From Savitreella phatthalungensis (taxonomy: Eukaryota), in NCBI GenBank assembly GCA_051599415.1, contig AP039693.1:186001-250000 (forward strand): 64,000 bases of DNA, given 5' to 3'. The position numbers and the translations under genes are program-made. Shown here in pieces: positions 11,065 to 20,238 of the stretch (its first letter is position 1; each line of letters begins with the position of its first letter). Under the pieces are notes generated by a model that had not been told where the DNA came from, searched no databases, and was given only the letters and a program-made list of their open reading frames with translations.

Positions 11065-11089
11065 GGACACAAGCAAGTCGAAACTCTGA
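11065..11089 (+). CDS. SOD2: Predicted alternative terminal exon of SOD2 adding DTSKSKL* (PTS1)
   Basis: Donor GTAGGT at 10998 overlaps the stop codon; branch-like TTGAC at 11045; acceptor TAG at 11062-11064; joined frame reads GCG GAC ACA AGC AAG TCG AAA CTC TGA. Confidence 0.75.
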
Positions 11090-11359
11090 GAAAACACCGA
11101 TAGCTCACCTCGAGCCTCCTAAACAATATACCAAGTATCCTATTCTTAACCCTACCGAAATCTTCTGACACGCATGTGCATCTAATCTCAACCCATTTCA
11201 GAAGCCCTGGGGAAACATCTCCTTACATTATTTCATCTATCGCGATTAATCAATCCGAGTGATATCACTCTGTGCAGCCAACACCGGCGTCTCTTTGTTT
11301 GGGGTGGTGGAGGATCTGGAGAACTCGGCGCGTTCCGTGAGTAGGTCGACTCTTTTGTG

Positions 11360-12331
11360 ATGCTATCGCCGTCTCCTGCAGGTTTCTCTGGCGCGCCGAT
11401 CACCCGCACTCTCGTCATCGGCACCGCCATCCTCTCGACCGCCTCGAGCGTCCTCGACGTCCGCCACCTGTTCTCGCTCGACCTTTTTGGGGAGGGGTGG
11501 TCGTGGTGGCGACTGGGGGTTTGGGAAGTGGGCGGTGGGTATGGGGACGTGGGTGGGATGGTGGTAGGGTCGCTTGCGATGTACAATTTGAGAGAGGTCG
11601 AGCGGTTTTACGGGAGTGACAAGTTCCTCTCGATCGTCCTCGGCACATGGGCGTCGACGTCTGTGGCGGTGCCTGTGGTCGCGCGCGCCCTCGCAGCCCT
11701 CACGGGAGCAGCAGCCTGCGGGAACATCCCACAGGGACCACTGCCGATCGTGTTTGCGCTCCTCGCACACTACGTCGCAGTCATACCGCCAACGTATACC
11801 GTTACGCTAGCGAGGACGTCCACCACGGGTGCAGTCCAGGTGTCCGACAAGGTATATATGGGTGCGCTCGCGATTGGGATGGCCACTGCTAGGATGCCTG
11901 GGTCTTTGGTGTGTGCGGTGGTGGGCTGGATGGTTGGGGTGGCGTATACGCGAGCTGGGACGACGGGGACGGGTTGGTGGTCAAAGGTGGTAGGTTGGAG
12001 GTTGCCGAGATGGTTGTCTGGGTTGGTGATTGATCATCGGCCTGTGAATGTCGTCGTGAGGGCGCGGGAGGAGGAATCGAGGAATGTGGGAGGTGGTGCA
12101 GGGGCGAGTCGGGGTGCAGGAGGTCGACGGAGTGGTGGGATCGGTGATGTGCTAGGCGCATTGGCTAGTACTGGAGACGTTCCTAGACCTGATCTCCAGC
12201 CACCCTCAGATACAGACGTCCAGACGCTGTCTGCGATGATGGGAATTACTCCGGAAGAAGCCGTCAGACATCTCCAGCACGCCAACAACTCACTTGAACG
12301 CGCTGCAGAGAATCTACTCGCCGGGTTGTAA
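11360..12331 (+). CDS. Rhomboid-like pseudoprotease with C-terminal UBA domain (Dsc2/UBAC2-like)
   Basis: GFSGAPIT N-terminus, YNLREVERFYGS-KF motif, several TM helices, C-terminal UBA (MGITPEEA...NNSLERAAENLL). Confidence 0.8.
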   Translation: MLSPSPAGFSGAPITRTLVIGTAILSTASSVLDVRHLFSLDLFGEGWSWWRLGVWEVGGGYGDVGGMVVGSLAMYNLREVERFYGSDKFLSIVLGTWASTSVAVPVVARALAALTGAAACGNIPQGPLPIVFALLAHYVAVIPPTYTVTLARTSTTGAVQVSDKVYMGALAIGMATARMPGSLVCAVVGWMVGVAYTRAGTTGTGWWSKVVGWRLPRWLSGLVIDHRPVNVVVRAREEESRNVGGGAGASRGAGGRRSGGIGDVLGALASTGDVPRPDLQPPSDTDVQTLSAMMGITPEEAVRHLQHANNSLERAAENLLAGL

Positions 12332-12487
12332 AAGGCTTATCTCACGACACGAACGCAAACACCAGAAAAGAGAGCTACTCGAGCTAGATGAACGTCAATG
12401 CAATTTGCACGCTGCATGCTACATGCGAACGACCCAAGAAACAAAAAGTGAACGTGTGCTTCTGTGAAAATGTGAATGATTGATTAT

Positions 12488-14257
12488 TTAGGCCACCTGC
12501 TGATCAGCGGCTTTGCCGTTGATCGATGGAGCGCTGCTATCCAGCTCAAGACGACCTCCCTCGCCTCGTCTCGGACGACCTTGACCCCGCCTTGCCTTGC
12601 GCTTGAATTGCTGATTGTCGTCGGTGCCGTGGCCGTGGCCGTTGTTCTGGCGGTGGCCGCCGTTGTTGTGGCCGTGGAACTTGGGGTTGTGCGGCTTCTC
12701 TTGCTCGGCGCAGAGACCCTTGATCGGGTCGACGCAGCCAGGGTGGTCTGACAGATTCAGCTTGTCACGCACGCGCTCGTTGATCGTCCACATATACGTC
12801 CAGCCCATCTTGTCCTTGACCTCTCGGAGTTCAGGCACCCAGAGCTTGATGAACTCGCCCTTGGGATCATAGTCGTGAGCTTGCTTGGCAGGGTTGAATC
12901 GACGGGATCCACGAGGATCGTTGCCGACGCCAGCTTGATATTGCCAGTTGCCCCAGTTCGAGGTGGCGTCGTGGTCGATCAGCTGCATTTCAAAGTACTC
13001 TGCACCGACACGCCAGTCGACGTCGAGATCCTTGCAAAGGAAAGAAGCGGCGATCTGGCGGGCGCGGTTGGACATGTATCCGGTGTGGTTCATCTCTCGC
13101 ATAGCGGCATCGACCATGCCCACGCCCGTCTCACCACGCTTCCATCGCTCGGCCTCGACAGTGTCGGCGCCCTTCCACTCGTACTCAATCGCTTTGCGCT
13201 TAAGACCTTCTTTTGTGAACAGATGGTGGCCAAATTTGAGACCAATGAACTTGAAATAATCACGCCAGAGCAGTTCAAATCGGATCCAGTAGGTTGAGGG
13301 ATTGCCTTCGAGCTCGTACTCCTGTTCGAGCTGCAGTAGTCGGTGGTGGATCAGTTTGGCACTCAGACATCCGATTGCAAGGAAGGCGGACAATTTGGTT
13401 GAGTAGGCGTGGCCGAGAAGCTGGTTGCGCGTCTGCTTGTATGTGGTCGCGGGTGCTTGCTTTCCACCAGAAAGATAGAAATCTAGGCGCTTGAGGGCGT
13501 TGGTCTCGCCACCCTGCATCGGATGAGCGCTGTGCTCTGGCACCTCGATGTCTCCTCCGACCGGCTCAAGCAGCTGGTGAAGGGCCTTTGCTTTGTCTTC
13601 TGGGACAAGGTAGTCGTTTTGGAAGCTCAGGTCAATGGTTGGTGGTGGTGGCAACTTGCTCGGGGCATCGTACGGCTTGCGTACATAATCGAGCGGCTCC
13701 TGCTTCTTTCTGAATTCCGTGTAAAAGTTCGGAAGCTTCTCGATAGGGAATTTCAGCTGGTCCCGCTCGATCAACGTGTTTTCCTCGACGCTTTTGACGA
13801 CGATGTCTTTTGGAAGAGCTTTGCGGAGGCGGTTCTGCTCCCTGATCTCTTCGGTCGTGTACTCTTCCTGATACCAGAGCTCGACTTGTTCGTCCTTTGA
13901 CTGGAGGAGCTCGACGATTTGTGGGATGATTTTCTCACTCCGTCCCGCGGTGATGATGAGGTCAGCACCTTTTGATTTGTACGACTGTTTGAGATCCCAA
14001 ATTGCGTCACATAAGAACTTGAGTCTGAACTGTCCGCATCTCCAAGCACCGAATCGTCCACGAACTTCGCCTCGCTTTTCTGGGTTCTTGGTGACCTCTT
14101 GCTTGAGGAAAGGAGAAACCTCGATCTGGTGGGCTGGGAAGATGTAGATTGGCACGAAGGAGGTGTACTCGCCCTGACGTTCCACTAGCTGCTGGATGAC
14201 TTTGTTGTCATGCAGACGAAGGTCACGTCGGTGATAATAGAGCAATGTCTTGCCCAT
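12488..14257 (-). CDS. Cryptochrome DASH (photolyase/cryptochrome family)
   Basis: RRDLRLHDN, YKQTRNQLLG, STKLSAFLAIGCLS, FELLWRDYF, GYMSNRARQ, QYQAGVGNDPR, QAHDYDPKG. Confidence 0.93.
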   Translation of the reverse strand: MGKTLLYYHRRDLRLHDNKVIQQLVERQGEYTSFVPIYIFPAHQIEVSPFLKQEVTKNPEKRGEVRGRFGAWRCGQFRLKFLCDAIWDLKQSYKSKGADLIITAGRSEKIIPQIVELLQSKDEQVELWYQEEYTTEEIREQNRLRKALPKDIVVKSVEENTLIERDQLKFPIEKLPNFYTEFRKKQEPLDYVRKPYDAPSKLPPPPTIDLSFQNDYLVPEDKAKALHQLLEPVGGDIEVPEHSAHPMQGGETNALKRLDFYLSGGKQAPATTYKQTRNQLLGHAYSTKLSAFLAIGCLSAKLIHHRLLQLEQEYELEGNPSTYWIRFELLWRDYFKFIGLKFGHHLFTKEGLKRKAIEYEWKGADTVEAERWKRGETGVGMVDAAMREMNHTGYMSNRARQIAASFLCKDLDVDWRVGAEYFEMQLIDHDATSNWGNWQYQAGVGNDPRGSRRFNPAKQAHDYDPKGEFIKLWVPELREVKDKMGWTYMWTINERVRDKLNLSDHPGCVDPIKGLCAEQEKPHNPKFHGHNNGGHRQNNGHGHGTDDNQQFKRKARRGQGRPRRGEGGRLELDSSAPSINGKAADQQVA

Positions 14258-14509
14258 GGTAGAAGTGTGTGCTGAGAGTGACGGAATGATCGAGCCTTGA
14301 CAGGAAATAAGAAGGCAGGGTTGAAGAGAAGTCTAGCGGTAGCTGAGGCCAGGGGGGAACTTTTGGTCAGGTGGTGGATGGTTGGGATAATGCAAGTGAG
14401 GATACAGGTTGGAAGAGGGGGCTGACGTTCGAATGCCCGGGGGATGCCTGTACGCGTTTGACGAGGGATTGTTGATGGATGTGAAGAGTAGGTACGCAAG
14501 CGTGAAGGA

Positions 14510-14940
14510 TGAGCGTGCGTGCGTGTGTGTGTATGTGTGTCTGTGTGTGAGTGAATGTGTGTGCGTGTATGAGTGTGTACGTAGGTAGATAGGATGATTG
14601 AACCAGCTACAGTACGAGTTTGAGAGTGTTAGGTGGAGGTGTCACTGTTGGTGAGAGTGAGAGTGTATGAGTGAGTGTGTATGAGTGAGAGTGTGTGTGT
14701 GTGAGAGAGTGTGTATGAGTGGGTGAGTGAGTGTGAGTAAGGTAGAGCTGCTACTGTGGGTGGGTGGGTGAGGGATTGGATGGATGATGGATTGGTTGAA
14801 CGAACGAGGTGACTTGGTGACGAAAGGGTGAGTTTGAGTAACTGACTGACCCACTGACTGATTGATTGACTCACTGATTGACTCACTGGCTTTACTGACT
14901 GGCGTGAGTGTGTAAGTGAGTGAGATGAATGAATGAGGAG
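14510..14940. repeat. GT / GAGT / TGAC-rich simple-repeat tract upstream of CRY-DASH
   Basis: gtgtgtgt, gagtgagtgtgtatgagtgagagtg, actgactgac arrays. Confidence 0.8.
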
Positions 14941-15598
14941 TGTATGACGCTGCTGACGCTTCAAATGATTACCCTTTTCGCGCCTGTTGAATGACGATCT
15001 CTTAGTGACTGACCTTGTTTTGACGTAAATGCATGAAAATTTGTTTAGTCGGAGCTGTGATCCCTCATGCCCTTTCCAAAGACGTCATTCTCAAAAAAAG
15101 AGACAGCGAAATAGGTAGGCGTTGAAAAGAATGGAGCTGTCGAAAGCGTAAGGAAAAAAGGAGTCAATTTAGAGAGGGAGCAAAGATTGACAGACCATTT
15201 AGCTAATTACATCAGTCAATCTCATATTTTGACATCAATTAATTGTAGGATAATATTCAAATTCAATATATTGAACGCGGGAGGATTTCAATTCCCCCAC
15301 GCGATCATACCTGCAGTGACTCGGGACAATTAACTCATATGTGCATAATTAAACTTAATCTACGAGCTGTCGCTCACCTAAAATGTGATCGATATCCATT
15401 TAAATTGAGCTAATCATAATCCGAGGTCACTATTCTCGATCGATCATGAATACGAACGTACTGCATGTGCGCTGACAGCTTTTATTGAGCGATTCATCAC
15501 TATAGCTGCATGAATGATCTTTCTAGCTAGCAACTGTCCTGATGATATGGATACACACAGGTCTGCTATAGTTCTAGATCGGTTCTGCTGTGATGCAG

Positions 15599-17858
15599 TC
15601 ACGCGTCTGATCTTGATCCCGGGTGAGATGTGGTCGATGTGGATGTTTGACCGCGTGCGTGAATCGGTCTCTCTATGATGCTAGCTTTGACTCGCTTGCT
15701 ACGCCGTAGTGGCGTCGACGGGACGCAATCTTCTGTCCTGTCAGGCAAGATCGCAGTCGCAAAGCTAGGCGGCCTTGACGCGTGTACGTCTGGCGGCGAT
15801 GTCGTGTGGATGCTGTCAGATATAATCAACAGTGGACTGCCATCTCGAGTCGCATTCAAGTCGACCGTCTCGTCGTCATCGTCATTGTCCAGAATCTCGT
15901 CTCTGTCCACCTCCTGATCCTCCCAAGACCGCTTCCGACCACGCACTTCAGCGACTGACAATTTCTCTGCAGCTGGCGTCAAATCAACTTCCACAGGCTG
16001 CTTCTTCCGCCGCGTAGTATCTTTCTTGGGTGGCGGAGTTAGCGACGAGGGTTTGAAGACCTCGACCGAAGACTGTTGTGTCAGCACAGAACCACCGTGA
16101 TCACCATCCTCGTCACTCAATCCGTAGGATGGATCGAAAATCTTCTTGACCAGGCGACGACGGTTGCTTGTTGACTTGATTGCTTCGTATGTAGCTGCGT
16201 GTGTGGTTGCTGCACCTTTGCGTTTGGTGGCGCTGGTGGTGGTTGCTGCGACGTATTTCGCCCAGCCTTCGGCAACGAGGCGGTTTAGGACGCCCGTGGC
16301 CGTGGCGCTGTCGCATCCGAGTTTCTTGGCAAATCCGCGGACGCTGGCGTACGTGTACCCTTCGTGCCAGATCGAGTGCAGCGCGCGCCTGAATAGACAT
16401 AGCGATCTGAACTCGTCCAGTCTGGTCTCTGCCGTGGTCGAGACTCCTCCACCGAATCTGCAAGAGTAGCACTCGTGGTTGTAGTTCTTTGGGACACCTT
16501 TCCAGAAACCATAGCACGGCACGTGCTGCCACAGCCCACACTCATCGCAGCACACCATGTCACCGTCCTCGAGCGTGTCACCACACTCGCACCGCACAAT
16601 CTCTCCCTCTCCGAGACCGTCAGCTGTCTGCGGCTTGTGGTCATCTTGCATGGGTGCTGACATTGCCAAGGACGATTCTTCAATCGAAGGGGAGATGTGC
16701 GTGGCCTTGCGATGCTGACTGCGCGTGACGATTTGGCTGGCTGGAACGAGGTCCGTCGGCGGCGTGGCTGAATCATCGATCACCAGCGTCTCCGGAATGT
16801 CCTTTGCTCGCTCCTGTACTGAAGATGAGGGAAACGTGGTTGCTTGCTGTGACGTGAGTCCACCAGTCGGTGTCTGAGGGAACGTAGGCAGTCCCAAGCT
16901 TGGCGGTAAATCGTGAAGTGTATCATCTTGTTTCTCGTCGATCAGCCCCTTGGCAGCGAGTCTCGCAAAGTGCTCTGCAGCCCATGCTTTCCGCTGAGAG
17001 CCACTGTTTGAGTCCTGTGACTGGCTACTGGCGACAGCAGACTCATTCAGGGCTGCGACGCGGAGCGTACACTTGTGTAATCCTGTGTTGAGTGAGCCAA
17101 TCGCTTGGTCCTGCGGTCGTTCGTGGTCGTGCCGGGTGTAGAAAGTAGCCAGCTCGGTCTCGAGCAAGGGTCTAAACCCAGGGGGCTCGTAATCTACAGG
17201 CGCAGACTCCGTGTAGAACAGCCGGAGATTGAGCAGTTTCGCCCGCTTGAGCGGCAGAGGCGATAAGGACTGCGTAAGGACGATGAGTTGGCGGAAGAGC
17301 TGCTGGATTGTTCTGCGAGCGGATGTGATTGGAAGAGGTCCAGTGTCTCGTGATGACTTGCCATCGCGGACGAGAAGTGTGGGCACATCGCCCTCGGCGT
17401 AGGCAAAGTGAAAGGTGTAGCACTCGAGCACGCTCGCCGGATCACTCTCATCAACACCGATGCTAAGCATGACTGCGGCGAGATGACCTGCGCTCAGCGC
17501 CACGAAGACACCTTTGTCAAGGTAGTCGAGCATTCTATCTACTTCAGTGGAGACATGCCGCTTGAGACGCATGACTTTTTGACCTTTGTTGTGTTTGCCA
17601 CTTGCACGGGGGGATGTCTGTTCCGCGATGAAGCGCTCTTCCACATAGCACGTATCTGGGAACAGGCCGCGAAGATAGGTGATACAGCCAATCGAAGCAT
17701 CTACCGTGGTCTGGAGCAATTCAAGGCTGGTCTTTTGTGTCGTCACAAGCGCCGGACCGGCCTGCTTCGTCTGGACTTTGGTCTGGAAGGTTAGCGCCTT
17801 GCTCAGCAATGCAACGTTGATTATGATGACTCACTCTCTGCGCAGTCTTGGCTGCCAT
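15599..17858 (-). CDS. HOP1: Meiotic axis HORMA-domain protein Hop1; exons 17858-17835 and 17782-15599
   Basis: HORMA motifs CITYLRGLFP, ECYTFHF-Y, RQLIVLTQSL-PLP, DYEPPGF; PHD finger CECG..CDEC..QHVPC..CYSC; winged helix; intron 17834-17783 GTGAGT..GCTAAC..CAG supplies start MAAKTAQR. Confidence 0.9.
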
Positions 17859-18054
17859 CAACAGCGATTGCCGTGCTTGACCAGGTCGTCCTACGCTGCA
17901 TTATACTACAGATGTACGGTGACGTCGAGGATGAGTATGGTAACGGTGAGCAGCTCGCGTGGCAAGATTCGATTAGATTAGGGCACGTGTATCGTGTGAG
18001 GTGATTTCGATTCGTCTAGCTCGTTGGGGATGCATGTATATGTGCTTCAAGTCG

Positions 18055-20238
18055 TCAGCTGCCGTGATCGCTCGTTACACTGGAACGAGAATTCATCCGT
18101 TCGGAGCGTTTGCGAGCCATACGTGTGGACAGCTCCTCTCGAAGAAGCGCGCTTGCCGCGTCGAGATGCTGTCCAACATTGTTGCCACCGCTTGAATGCG
18201 TGCTGTCCGTCGAACGCATTCGGGACATAGGTACATGTCCCGGGTTGCGTTGCTGAAGATTCTTCTCAGACTCTACCGAGCTCGTACTGCTTCGGGCTTT
18301 TGATTGCCGTGGATCAAAGAGGTACGGTGATTGAAGCGTGTTCGCCGCTAGCTCTTGTTGCCCGTATCTAGGCTCCTGGGGCACTAGGCCAGCAGTCTCC
18401 GGGGTCATGTTACCGGAACGAGGGCTGACCGGAGTCAAGCTGCCGTTCTCGTACGAATTAGCTGCATATCCATTCGAGTCGACGCGCAAGCCAGCAGCAG
18501 GACGACGCCTATCAGCTCTGCTGAACATCTTGATTCTGTCAAAGTCCGGGAAGACCTCTGGTGCGAAATCATCGATAAGCTTGTTCAGCTTATCAGTCAG
18601 CGCATCTCGACGGTCCTGTAGCTCTTCGAGGATCGCGTTGTTCGTAACTGCATAGCGAAGCGGTCTCAGCGACTTGTAGACGTCGACGCCTATTTCACCC
18701 ATCCTCAGCGCTGAATAACATGTCATTGGCAAAAGGACAAGCAGTAGCATCGGAATGCGTAAAATACTTCCCGCACGCCATGCCTCCGGGCCGAGTTCGA
18801 AGTGGTAGACCATCCAGGTGCCGAGAATGGTGTAGAATGTGTAGAGTAATGGGACAAGTCCGATGGCAACGAGTAATTTCCATGTCGCTAGCACGTCCTT
18901 CGCCTTGATCTTGACGGTGCTACCAGCCAGAGCCTCGGCAGCTTTCTTCTTCGAAATCACCTTTGTCGCAATGAAGACAGGTGCAAACAAGACTATACCA
19001 GGGAGGGAGAGAACACTCAGGAATAGTAACTGGACGCAGCGATAGATGAACTTTGCCAGGACTTGAGTCGAGCTGACGTGGAGATTGGTGAGCTGGTGGT
19101 CACGCACGCCCAGTGCATATAGGTCATTGTTATACTTGACCACGTCGGCTTTCAGCTCCTTGACCTGTGGCTCATCCTTAAAAGCATTGTAGCCGAGAAT
19201 GAAACGACGGTTGAGCTCGACGACGCTCTGCAGTGGGAGTTTCTTTCCTGCAGGCTTGTACAGCCTTCTGGCGGCTTGAATCAGCTGAAGCGTCTCGAAA
19301 TCTGCAGCCTGGACAGTGACGGATGCGAGACCGTCATAGATGATATCCAGCAATTCTTTTGTGGCGTCGCGCTTCGTCTCTGAGTGTCGGTACTTCTCGA
19401 CTAAATCAGCAGGGACGTCGATGGGCGAGCCAAACTCGATGACTGCTCGGGATCTGAATCTGTGCGGGTGAAAGTAGTTCATGCCCACAGGCACGATCTG
19501 AAGGCCACAGGATGGGTTGCGGCTCAGTGCTCCAAGTGCCATGATGGAGACGCCTGCCTTGAGAGGCAGCAATTCCGTGCGGTCATGAGATCCCCCTTCT
19601 GGGAAAATGCCAACACAGCCGCCTTTGTCGAGTACATGGTAGACTTGCTCGTAGACAGCGCTCTGATCTACCTTTGGCGCGACCTGGAACTTTGTACCGT
19701 CAGTTGAGGAGAGCAGATCGCGTGCGAGGTCTGACGAGAACGGGCGCTTAAGCTTGAGTCGCGTATCACTCAAGACTTCTGCAATCTCTGCTTGACCAGC
19801 GTCATTGCCCGGCAGAACGACGCTTGAGCCGACAGCAGCTTCTTTGTTGAATCGGGTGCCTGTGCCGACGAGAATAAGAGCATCTCCCTGTGGATCCTCC
19901 AGCTTGACTGTGCCCTGACATTTCTTCTTCATGTCTTGTGCACGGGCGACAGAAATGCCACCTATCGCTGCTGAGACTGAGCCGATGAATCTACGCTTAG
20001 AAGAGGCTGCAGCGATGAGGAACTGAATGCGTCTGCTGCACTCGAGACGCGCAGAGCGCATTAGTAGCAGAGGATCGACGAATTGATTGGCATGTGGAGC
20101 GGCAACGAAGATGATGGGATTGCGTCTGGGCACTTTGTAAGAGCCGCGAGTTCTGACCTCGCGGAAGAAGATGTCGACGAGCAAGCTCAGAGACCAGAGC
20201 ACGAGGTCATAGACCCATGGGACGATGCCCTGCGGCAT
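18055..20238 (-). CDS. Glycerol-3-phosphate O-acyltransferase (Sct1/Gpt2 family)
   Basis: APHANQFVDP, GIFPEGGSHDR, FRSRAVIEFG, C-terminal TM helices; ATG at 20238 follows a probable 5'UTR intron 20363-20241 (GTGAGT..TTTTACAG). Confidence 0.93.
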   Translation of the reverse strand: MPQGIVPWVYDLVLWSLSLLVDIFFREVRTRGSYKVPRRNPIIFVAAPHANQFVDPLLLMRSARLECSRRIQFLIAAASSKRRFIGSVSAAIGGISVARAQDMKKKCQGTVKLEDPQGDALILVGTGTRFNKEAAVGSSVVLPGNDAGQAEIAEVLSDTRLKLKRPFSSDLARDLLSSTDGTKFQVAPKVDQSAVYEQVYHVLDKGGCVGIFPEGGSHDRTELLPLKAGVSIMALGALSRNPSCGLQIVPVGMNYFHPHRFRSRAVIEFGSPIDVPADLVEKYRHSETKRDATKELLDIIYDGLASVTVQAADFETLQLIQAARRLYKPAGKKLPLQSVVELNRRFILGYNAFKDEPQVKELKADVVKYNNDLYALGVRDHQLTNLHVSSTQVLAKFIYRCVQLLFLSVLSLPGIVLFAPVFIATKVISKKKAAEALAGSTVKIKAKDVLATWKLLVAIGLVPLLYTFYTILGTWMVYHFELGPEAWRAGSILRIPMLLLVLLPMTCYSALRMGEIGVDVYKSLRPLRYAVTNNAILEELQDRRDALTDKLNKLIDDFAPEVFPDFDRIKMFSRADRRRPAAGLRVDSNGYAANSYENGSLTPVSPRSGNMTPETAGLVPQEPRYGQQELAANTLQSPYLFDPRQSKARSSTSSVESEKNLQQRNPGHVPMSRMRSTDSTHSSGGNNVGQHLDAASALLREELSTRMARKRSERMNSRSSVTSDHGS

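Noticed and set aside
17783..17809. TTG start for Hop1 in the ORF track
   Set aside because: Lies inside a consensus intron; a real ATG exon exists at 17858-17835
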